A stretch of 59,605 nucleotides of DNA, the filler included, from Barthelona sp. PAP020 (Eukaryota): NCBI GenBank assembly GCA_040182905.1. It is 3 parts of 3 records of this genome, joined end to end, with 100 filler letters (N's around TTAATTAATTAA, not from the genome) between each part and the next. Parts side by side here need not be neighbours in the genome. Positions count along the whole stretch, not along the records: positions 39,914 to 59,605 come from JARQWU010000204.1; 2 more parts are not named here. One strand, written 5' to 3'. The notes beneath the pieces are model-generated. The model was not told where the DNA came from, searched no databases, and saw only the letters and a program-made list of their open reading frames with translations. How positions within the stretch are numbered: position 1 is the first letter of the stretch; each line of letters opens with the position of its first letter. The position numbers were made by a program, and so were the translations under genes. This document shows, piece by piece, positions 51,788-59,605 of this stretch.

Positions 51788-53029
51788 ATGACAATTGAAC
51801 AAAATAGTCGTATGTCCGATGATTTACAAGCATCATGTCCGAAATGTAGCAGTAGTTTTAAATTGACATGTGAAAATCCAAATCACAGTATGATTTGCAA
51901 TGAATGTTTAGTTTTGAGAAAAAAATATTTACAACATATGATTCAACATGTTGCTACTGATGAGGATGAAATCAAGATATATGAAAAGCAAGTAAATAAT
52001 ATAGATGCTGTTATGGATCACATGGCAACTGTTGATCTTGCAGAAGCTTCTGAAGAAAGTGATAAAAATGGTTCTTTTGCAACCACTATTTCAATTGTTT
52101 TGAATGTTCTGTTGTTGATTGCGAAAATTATTGTATATATTTTCACTGGTTCTCTTATCATTTTAGCTTCTTTAATTGATTCAGCACTTGATTTATTGTC
52201 TGGATCTATTTTATTTATTGTTTCCAAAATATCTTCAAGGCCTTCAAGTTTTGAATATCCCAGAGGATTTAGAAAAGCTGAACCAATTGGCATTGTAATT
52301 TTTGGTACTTTAATGGGTGTAGTTTCGCTTCAAGTGATAATTAACTCATTTCATTCACTAATCGATGGTGTTACTCCTTTTGAATTTGATTTTATTGCTA
52401 TTTTTCTCATGATTAGTGTTGTTTTGGTGAAATTCGTTCTTTGGTTGATTTGTTCAAGATATAAATCATCAAAAATTGCTCAAGCGTTAGCCCAAGATCA
52501 TTTGAACGATGTGATGACAAATATTATAGGAACAATATTTGCTGTTATTGCTTCCAAAACTTATTTATGGCTGGATCCTGTTGGTGCTATTTTATTTTCC
52601 TGTTACATTCTTGTTAATTGGATTTTCACCATTGCTGAACAAATTTCTGAGTTAATGGGATATGCTGCCCCAAGTGATGTCGTTAATAAGATTATTTTCC
52701 AATGTTTGAATGTTTCTGACGAAATTATATATATTGAAAGGTTGATGACTTATTCATCTGGCTCTGGGTACATTGCTGAAATTACTGTTGTATTATTAGA
52801 TGATATTCTTTTGTCAGCAGCTCATGATATTTCAGAAAGTGTTGAATGGGCCGTTAAAAAGCTTCCTGAGTTGGATGATTGTTTTGTTCATCTTCATGCC
52901 ATAAAACAAAATACAGTAACTGCTAATTTCCTTCGTACTGCTTCTATTTCTGCAATACCATTTGATGTCGACATTGGACAAGTTTCAATAGATTTACGTG
53001 ATGAAATTAACATTGTAGAGGATGTTTAA
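51788..53029 (+). CDS. Cation diffusion facilitator, Mn-CDF (MTP8-11-like)
   Basis: TM2 SLIDSALDLLSG and TM5 AQDHLNDV (DxxxD/DxxxD), plus YPRG..AEPIG, LDPVGAI and AHDISE. Confidence 0.9.
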   Translation: MTIEQNSRMSDDLQASCPKCSSSFKLTCENPNHSMICNECLVLRKKYLQHMIQHVATDEDEIKIYEKQVNNIDAVMDHMATVDLAEASEESDKNGSFATTISIVLNVLLLIAKIIVYIFTGSLIILASLIDSALDLLSGSILFIVSKISSRPSSFEYPRGFRKAEPIGIVIFGTLMGVVSLQVIINSFHSLIDGVTPFEFDFIAIFLMISVVLVKFVLWLICSRYKSSKIAQALAQDHLNDVMTNIIGTIFAVIASKTYLWLDPVGAILFSCYILVNWIFTIAEQISELMGYAAPSDVVNKIIFQCLNVSDEIIYIERLMTYSSGSGYIAEITVVLLDDILLSAAHDISESVEWAVKKLPELDDCFVHLHAIKQNTVTANFLRTASISAIPFDVDIGQVSIDLRDEINIVEDV

Positions 53030-53224
53030 TCTATTTATTTCTCATAAATTCTGTTTTTTTTTGTTTGAAAAAAAAAGAGAAAATTTATTCGGAATTGGAA
53101 ACAAATTTCATGAATGTAATGACAAAAATACCAGATTTGTTGAATGTGAAAAATGATCGCAATATTTTTTTTTAACTTTTGAAAAAATTATTATTGTACT
53201 TGAGAAAAATGCTTTGTCTTTTTA

Positions 53225-53650
53225 TTAAGAAGATTCATCATCCTCTTCATCATTATTATCATTGTTGTTATCATCAGAACATTCCTCTTGAACAACTGAA
53301 GTTAGAACAAGAATATTTTGCAAAATATTTTCCATTTGTTGTTCATTAAACCTCATTTCAACATTTTCTATGACACTGTATAATTCAGCCAAAGATTGTG
53401 GGGTATTATTGATAAGAACCATAATTTCAGTTTTGGACAAACCAAAAGGAATTAAATGTGTTATTGTTTCTTCTATTGTTTCTTGAATATCTTCCAATTG
53501 AAGATATAATGGCAATGAATCAACAATAGATTGTTGAAATGTTTTTGCTTTGTGATGAACGCGTCCTTCTAATTGTTTTTGATTCAATTGTATTATTTTA
53601 ATCGCTTCAAAATTTGTAATGATTGAATCTTCAGCCGATAAAACCTCCAT
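53225..53650 (-). CDS. RPC17: RNA polymerase III subunit RPC9/C17 (CRCP)
   Basis: MEVLSAEDSIITNFEA N-terminus and the HRDC-like LSKTEIMVLINNTP..LYSVIENVEMRFNE. Confidence 0.85.
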   Translation of the reverse strand: MEVLSAEDSIITNFEAIKIIQLNQKQLEGRVHHKAKTFQQSIVDSLPLYLQLEDIQETIEETITHLIPFGLSKTEIMVLINNTPQSLAELYSVIENVEMRFNEQQMENILQNILVLTSVVQEECSDDNNNDNNDEEDDESS

Positions 53651-53863
53651 AAAAAAAATTTGTGGTTCTCAGTTCCTTTTTCTTCCTTTAAAATTAAAAC
53701 ATCTGTCGCATTTCTGTTTTTGCCTGGACTTTATTTTGGTGAAAGTGTCTTTTTTTTTTGGCGAAAGTTCAAAAAGAAAATTGGATATTTTATTGTTTAA
53801 ATATAAAAAGTAGTATGTGTACACTTATAGCTTTGAGGATATTACGGATTTTGCTTTGCTTAT

Positions 53864-54397
53864 CTATGCTTTTACTAAAATTTCATCTGTTAAGGCAAGT
53901 TCAAATTCATTTTGAGGATAATTTTGATAAATATAATCATCTACTATTGTTTGACATTCCTCACTGCTGACCAAAACCTTGTAATCAAGTGTTTTTAAGA
54001 ATTCAATTTCCATCTTGTTCAATAGTTTTAAAGAATAATGACGTTTTCCAATAATGACCCAATCAGAATTTTTGAAAACAATATCTTCATGAGCTTTACT
54101 GCTCAATAAACAAGAAATTAAAAAAATTCTGTGAGTGTTGTAAAGGTTTAAACTAAATTTTTGACTGCTTTTGAGGAGTCTACGAAGTATTACACATGCG
54201 GCTAACAAGTAAGCATCGGGTAATTCGGCTTTTCTGTGAATTCTGTGAATCCACTCCTCTAAAGTCATGTCAGGCTCCTCTCCAAAAGCTCTTAATTGTG
54301 TCATAGATAATGCTACGTTATGATCTTGCATTAAAAGAAGTTCATTTAGAACAATCTCTTCAACATCATTTCCATAGAAGTTTAATCTGCTGTTCAT
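53864..54397 (-). CDS. PHO80/Pcl-like (P/U-type) cyclin
   Basis: NTHRIFLISCLLSSKAHEDIVFKNSDW...LNKMEIEFLKTLDY. Confidence 0.88.
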   Translation of the reverse strand: MNSRLNFYGNDVEEIVLNELLLMQDHNVALSMTQLRAFGEEPDMTLEEWIHRIHRKAELPDAYLLAACVILRRLLKSSQKFSLNLYNTHRIFLISCLLSSKAHEDIVFKNSDWVIIGKRHYSLKLLNKMEIEFLKTLDYKVLVSSEECQTIVDDYIYQNYPQNEFELALTDEILVKA

Positions 54398-54740
54398 TTT
54401 TGTTTGATTTTAAATAATAATATTACAATATGATGTTTACATAGCATGTAACTATTTGATGTGCAAAAATCTGTCACATCAAAAAAGAATTTTTTTTTGA
54501 CATCCATTCAAATCAACCACATCAAATTTTTTTTTGAAAAAAAATATCAATAAATAGACTTTTTGATGAAAGATGAATTAACTTTAGATGAAGTTACGTA
54601 CTTTTCACATTGTGAAAATCAACATTTGAATGAAATCAAAAATTATCCCTCAAATAGTGGAGTGAAAGGCAATTTAAATGACAGAACATAGTATTAAAAA
54701 TAAAAGAACATTATTTTTGATATATTTACAGGATATGTCA

Positions 54741-56009
54741 TCATTCAACATCTACTTCCACATCACAGAGACCAACAGACAAATTAATATTAGAATTGGT
54801 ATTCTTGTTTCCTTTACACTGGTAAATCATTTTTTGATCTGTGTTACTGTTGTCAGGAATGCATTTATGAGAATAGTCATTGAAATATAAATCAACATAA
54901 TTAGGGTCATCAACATCAATTGAAAGAGTTCCAGTGAATTCTTTCGTATTTAGCAAACAATCTGTCATATGACAACGTTGTTTGAGATTTCCATTGAAAT
55001 AATAAGTTGAAACTTTTCCATTTGAAGTAATTATATTGGCATCTCCACCATTTATTGTTAATTCAATACTCCCAAGATCTGTTTCATGTTTTAATGAACC
55101 TTCTAATAGTGAATTAAAGACAGAAGGTCCATTTCCCATCATTGAATTTACGACAGCATTTATTTTGTTTATTCTGATGCTACCTTGTTGTACGTCAATT
55201 CTACCTGTACCAATTAATTCATCTACAACTAAATTTCCATTATCAAGCTGTAAATGTGCATAAACATTGCTTTTTTTAATGTTGGCTGAGCCTAACAGTA
55301 TTTCAAGTTCAATATTTTGAACTGAATTCACATATAAATCGCCATTGTCAATTCGAGCAACAAATTTTCCATCTATTACGTCGATATCCACTTCACTGAT
55401 TGAATTTTCAATTCTCAAATCACCAAAAACATGAGGCACAGATAAATCCCCAATTTGCTGAGATACAGTAGCAGTATTCAAATAAGGAAACTTAACATTA
55501 CCAATAGTCGTTGTGAAATCCAATGTTTTAATGGTTGGCATATTGGAAAAATCCATTGAATATGAAAGATAATCATTAACATCTCCACTTAATTCATAGT
55601 AATAATTTAATTTGGTGTTCCACGAAAAAGAATCAATTGAAAGGGTCTTGGGATATTTCATCAGAATATACGGAATATGACATGTTGTGTTTGAGGTCAA
55701 ATATGATTCTTCCATAGAAATTATAATAGTTCCTGTGCTTGGTTGCAAATCAGCACTAAAACCACTAAAATCTTCAACCATATTCATGTGAGTTACATCA
55801 AGTTCAATTCTATTAATGTCACATGGAGCAAACTTTATAGATGCTCTCCAAGATTCTAAACTTATGGCTCTTACACCTCTGGGATCAAAAGTATAATTCG
55901 AAAAATAATGATAAGTTAATGGAGGACATTTAGGATTCACATCAATGGTAACAGAGCCAATTACTCCAATGAATAAAGCAATTATCGAAACAACATAAAT
56001 GTTTGACAT
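54741..56009 (-). CDS. Secreted beta-solenoid protein, DUF4097 (putative adhesin)-like
   Basis: Signal peptide followed by about 18-20-aa repeats with xxGxI/V turns (TTIGNV, IDNGDL, LDNGNL, VQQGSI, TDLGSI, TSNGKV). Confidence 0.65.
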   Translation of the reverse strand: MSNIYVVSIIALFIGVIGSVTIDVNPKCPPLTYHYFSNYTFDPRGVRAISLESWRASIKFAPCDINRIELDVTHMNMVEDFSGFSADLQPSTGTIIISMEESYLTSNTTCHIPYILMKYPKTLSIDSFSWNTKLNYYYELSGDVNDYLSYSMDFSNMPTIKTLDFTTTIGNVKFPYLNTATVSQQIGDLSVPHVFGDLRIENSISEVDIDVIDGKFVARIDNGDLYVNSVQNIELEILLGSANIKKSNVYAHLQLDNGNLVVDELIGTGRIDVQQGSIRINKINAVVNSMMGNGPSVFNSLLEGSLKHETDLGSIELTINGGDANIITSNGKVSTYYFNGNLKQRCHMTDCLLNTKEFTGTLSIDVDDPNYVDLYFNDYSHKCIPDNSNTDQKMIYQCKGNKNTNSNINLSVGLCDVEVDVE

Positions 56010-56161
56010 AAGAATGCAATTGGTCTTTTAATAATCAATTTAATTTTTTTACCTTCTTATAAATATCATTTTTTTTTGTGTTTGGAAGTTAGAAAAGAAT
56101 AAAGGTTTTTGTTTGTGCGAGGAAAAAGAACTTTCCAATCCTTTTTTTTTTATTTTATTTT

Positions 56162-57265
56162 ATGGTTTTTTCAAAAAAAGGAGAGGTTGAAGGAAACCCC
56201 TCCAAAACTTGGGAAAGGTATTATTCGTTGGGCATAACATTATTTGTTTGTATTTGTGCATATTTGGTTCAATATAGAAAATTATCATTTTTGCCAGAGG
56301 AATTTCAAGGAATTTATGGGGTTTTAAGGTTATCTATGGGATTGTTTTTGTTTTATATTTTTTTGATGGGCATATTAACAACATTAGATTACGATATGCA
56401 ATATACTTTTCAAACTGAATTTTTTGGAATTAAAATTTTAATGTTAGCTGGAATTATTGCTTTGATGTATTTTCTTCCTGAGTCGGTGCTTAAAATTTAC
56501 ACATGGATTTCTATTGTCTTTTCATTTTTATTCTTAATTCTTTCTTTAATGTATATTATTGATTTAAGTTATCGTTTGACTGAAAAAATAATGGAAGACG
56601 ACGTTGATGATGAATGTACTAAACAAAAAGGAGTGTTTATTTTTTTTTCAAGTCTTGTTGCTATCATTTCAATTTGTGCTTTAATTTATCTTTGGAAAAT
56701 CTTTTGTAGCCCTGCTGTATGTGCAGGAAATCAAACATTTTTCATTTGTGTTGTTGTTTTGAATATTGTTGTTATCATTATCACTATTTTCTCTCAATCT
56801 GGAAACTTTTTGTCTGGCTGTTTAGTTTTTGGATACACATGTTATTTATTGTTTTCAGCTTATGGTTCTGATCCTGACCTTCAATGTAATGTTCATTATG
56901 CCAATAGAACTACTTTGTCAATGACAATATCAGCAATTTTTTCATTATTTACAATAGCATATTCTTCTTTTTCTGTTTCTTCAAATGCTGGTCTTGATTT
57001 AAATGATTATTTTTCTCTTTCAAGTGAAGAAAAAGGTGAAAAAAGCCTTGATTATGTCCCTACTATTTTTAATTTTATTATGGCTATGGGTGCTGCTTAT
57101 ATTGCAGCTTTATGTACTGGTTGGAATTTTACTGATGATTCAGAAGTTATTGGTATTGGAAATTTCAGTTACGGTGTGAAAATTGTATCTATTTTCCTTT
57201 GTCTTGCCTTATATGTTTGGACTTTGTTTGCTGCTAAAGTTTGTGGAGATGAAAGGGATTGGTAG
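56162..57265 (+). CDS. Serine incorporator (Serinc/TMS1/TDE) family protein
   Basis: About 10 TMs. GVLRLSMGL, QTEFFGIK, YTCYLLFSAYGSDP, FNFIMAMGAAY...TGW, VKIVS and LYVWTLFA...ERDW. Confidence 0.88.
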   Translation: MVFSKKGEVEGNPSKTWERYYSLGITLFVCICAYLVQYRKLSFLPEEFQGIYGVLRLSMGLFLFYIFLMGILTTLDYDMQYTFQTEFFGIKILMLAGIIALMYFLPESVLKIYTWISIVFSFLFLILSLMYIIDLSYRLTEKIMEDDVDDECTKQKGVFIFFSSLVAIISICALIYLWKIFCSPAVCAGNQTFFICVVVLNIVVIIITIFSQSGNFLSGCLVFGYTCYLLFSAYGSDPDLQCNVHYANRTTLSMTISAIFSLFTIAYSSFSVSSNAGLDLNDYFSLSSEEKGEKSLDYVPTIFNFIMAMGAAYIAALCTGWNFTDDSEVIGIGNFSYGVKIVSIFLCLALYVWTLFAAKVCGDERDW

Positions 57266-57476
57266 TAGTAGAAACAATCTTTGATTGTAAATAAATAAAT
57301 TTTTTTTTCGTGTCTGAAAAGCAACAATTTTTTAATTTGTCAATTTCTTTCCATCTTTTTATTTCAATTTATTTCAATTCTTATGTGATTAATTGGGATA
57401 AATACATTATTGTTGATTGAATTTATGTCTCTTTTTTGGAATGAATAAATAAAACATAAACTTGGTTTTTTTATGA

Positions 57477-59024
57477 ATGGGCTGCTTTGGTTCAACAGAT
57501 AATAATGATTTAGATCGTTCAAATTCTTCTAAACATTCATTTAATGCTTCAAATGATTGGAAACAAGAAAGAGATTTTGTTGATGCAAGAGATACTTCTT
57601 CTTTTGAAGATAATGATGATAAAATTTATGACGAGATAAATACATCTTCTGAAATTGTTGATGTTATTGATGATAAAAAAGATAGTAACTCTTCAAATGA
57701 TGATGAATATTTAAAAGACACAATGGAGGGTGTACCTGTTTTTAAAACAACTTCTTTTCCTTGTGTAGATTTGTCGGTAGTGAATGATTCGGAAAAGATG
57801 TCTGATTCATTGTTTGTTAGTATTCAACAATCGAATAATGATGATGAGGACAAATTTGAAGAGTTTGATGATAATTTTTTCGAAAACTCAACTGTACTTC
57901 AATCAAAAGACAGAGCCATTATCAACTCACAAATGACCATAATTGATTCTTTTTGTCCTCCAGTTTTTTCTGGTCTTCATATTTTTTCTTCACCTAATTT
58001 CCCCAAACTTTGCGATTTGTTTGTTGAAATTTTTGAAATTTTCGATATTTTTGAAAATTTTGGAATTGTTCTTTCTGTTGTTGATGACCTTTTGTTTGAT
58101 GTGGAAGCCATATCTTTGGACGAGATGGAACAACCTAAAAACAATAACAAACAATTGCAACCTGAACAAGTAATTATTTCAACACCTGATTCTTTTCAGG
58201 ATGATATTCCAGTGTTTTCAATTGATCTCAGTGATACCTTCAAAGAAGAAGAATTTGAAGCCGATACTAATCCTGTTCCTTTGACACCACCTCAATTGAT
58301 AGTTTCAGGAAAAGATCTTTCCAATCATCTTCCTGCTTTTACCCCCTCTCCCTTGAGTGACAATGGCAAAACAATTTTTTTGAATGATCATGAACCTTTT
58401 ATTGTATCTGTTTCTTTATTTGATGAAAAAATGGATAAAAGCAACACGAACAAAAAAAAGAAGGGTCATTCCAAGCAGGATAAAATTCCTTCAGATTTTG
58501 GAAGTTCTTTGAAAACTTTTCCTTTTAAACGTTTGAAAAAAGAGAAAATTCGGGAAAACTCCTCAAAACATGTTGGGGCATCGTTGTTATCTTCAAAAAA
58601 AAATGTAATACCAAAGTCGCCAACATATGTTGTATCTCCCAAATCAAATAATATTAAACAAAGTTTATCACCAATAATTAAAAATAAGGAGAAACAACCG
58701 AAAATCAGAGGTTCTTACAGTGAAATACATCAAAATAGATTGAAAACTAGCACAATTTTGCAGCAAAAAACGAAAATTAAAAGAAAACATATCAACAAGC
58801 ATGAAACCAAAGTTGTTAATGTTGTATTTTCATCAACAGATACTGAAACCAAAGCAGATAGTTCACATATCCATGAAAAAGATGAGTTTCCATTGAAATC
58901 AAAACCAATGTTCAATAAAATAACCACACAAAAATCAACACTTCCCAATCCTTTGTTTGTTACTCAAAGTTTTGATTCTGTATTGGATGAGGCTTTGGAA
59001 TGGCAAAATTTTCACAATCATTAG
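57477..59024 (+). CDS. Disordered protein with an N-terminal dual acylation motif
   Basis: Starts MGCFGS (Gly2 myristoylation, Cys3 palmitoylation consensus). Acidic N-half, basic C-half. Confidence 0.65.
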   Translation: MGCFGSTDNNDLDRSNSSKHSFNASNDWKQERDFVDARDTSSFEDNDDKIYDEINTSSEIVDVIDDKKDSNSSNDDEYLKDTMEGVPVFKTTSFPCVDLSVVNDSEKMSDSLFVSIQQSNNDDEDKFEEFDDNFFENSTVLQSKDRAIINSQMTIIDSFCPPVFSGLHIFSSPNFPKLCDLFVEIFEIFDIFENFGIVLSVVDDLLFDVEAISLDEMEQPKNNNKQLQPEQVIISTPDSFQDDIPVFSIDLSDTFKEEEFEADTNPVPLTPPQLIVSGKDLSNHLPAFTPSPLSDNGKTIFLNDHEPFIVSVSLFDEKMDKSNTNKKKKGHSKQDKIPSDFGSSLKTFPFKRLKKEKIRENSSKHVGASLLSSKKNVIPKSPTYVVSPKSNNIKQSLSPIIKNKEKQPKIRGSYSEIHQNRLKTSTILQQKTKIKRKHINKHETKVVNVVFSSTDTETKADSSHIHEKDEFPLKSKPMFNKITTQKSTLPNPLFVTQSFDSVLDEALEWQNFHNH

Positions 59025-59382
59025 GTCTTTGAACTTTTGCTGGTATATGTTTGTTTATTATTATTGTTTGGCCTTTTGTTGAAGATTAAATGTATTACTA
59101 TAAAAAATGATCTCATTTTGTTTTTATTTAAGAGGGTGCTTTGTTTTGCTTTAGAATTTCAATCAAGTTGAAAGTTCATGGAAATATCACTTTTTGAAGA
59201 TAAATTCAATTGGGAAGAAAAATTGAATTCTTATAGTGGTTTTCAACAATAAATAATTGAATGGTTTAAGTATTAAGCTTGCATATGTTCAACAAAAGTT
59301 CTTGTTAAAAACATATTGGCCAAAAGAAAAATGGAAAGAGTTTAAAAAACATTTTCTGAGTTACCATTTCATCAAAAATATT

Positions 59383-59605
59383 ATGAGTGATGCAAAGCAG
59401 AAATGGTTGATTGAAACCATTGGTACACGTTTTTGTATAGAAGATGAGACCATTGTGACTGATTTTTTGGGAAATTGTGGTGAATCCAGGTATATTGAAT
59501 CATTTTTTACGGCAGATGGCCCTGTGTCATTGATATTTAGTTATTCTGATGATGAAAAATCCATGAATCGTTTGAATTTAGTTTTACCTCAAAGCAAAAA
59601 TCAAA
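59383..59605 (+). CDS. 5' end of a probable axonemal dynein heavy chain (outer-arm gamma/DNAH5-8-like), truncated; not in the ORF track
   Basis: MSDAKQKWLIETIGTRFCIEDETIVTDFLGNCGESRYIESFFTADGPVSLIFSYSDDEK... is open to the window end. SFFTADGPVSLIFSY resembles the recalled Chlamydomonas gamma-DHC N-terminal SFFTPAGPPSLVFVY. Confidence 0.55.
   Translation, partial: MSDAKQKWLIETIGTRFCIEDETIVTDFLGNCGESRYIESFFTADGPVSLIFSYSDDEKSMNRLNLVLPQSKNQ

Noticed and set aside
570..58948. Numerous 60-120 aa ORFs overlapping larger genes
   Set aside because: They are antisense or off-frame shadows without motifs, many with non-ATG starts.

Overview
AT-rich, gene-dense eukaryotic nuclear DNA. The window is three contigs (1-19876, 19977-39813, 39914-59605; lengths 19876 > 19837 > 19692) joined by artificial 100-nt N44-TTAATTAATTAA-N44 linkers, so adjacency across the linkers carries no biological meaning. 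It holds about 30 apparently intronless genes in the standard genetic code. These include housekeeping genes (RPS2, RRP6, SKI2-like helicase, UGPase, PDI, RPC17, ubiquitin), trafficking and signalling genes (VAC14, TBC Rab-GAP, DH-PH-FYVE GEF, TM9SF, Serinc, Mn-type CDF, PHO80-like cyclin, Furry-like) and flagellar genes (WDR90, the 5' end of an axonemal dynein heavy chain). Prokaryote-type genes sit among the host genes: a NapH/MauN-like membrane 4Fe-4S protein, an FtnA-type ferritin and a DUF4097-like protein. The content suggests an intron-poor, probably anaerobic flagellate (metamonad-like); this is inference only. The best leads are the membrane Fe-S redox protein, a convergent pseudokinase/kinase beta-propeller gene pair, an unannotated multi-hairpin box C/D snoRNA at 49376-49479, and a structured non-coding kilobase containing a possible TTAGG-type telomerase template. 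All family calls come from motif recognition by eye; no database searches were run.
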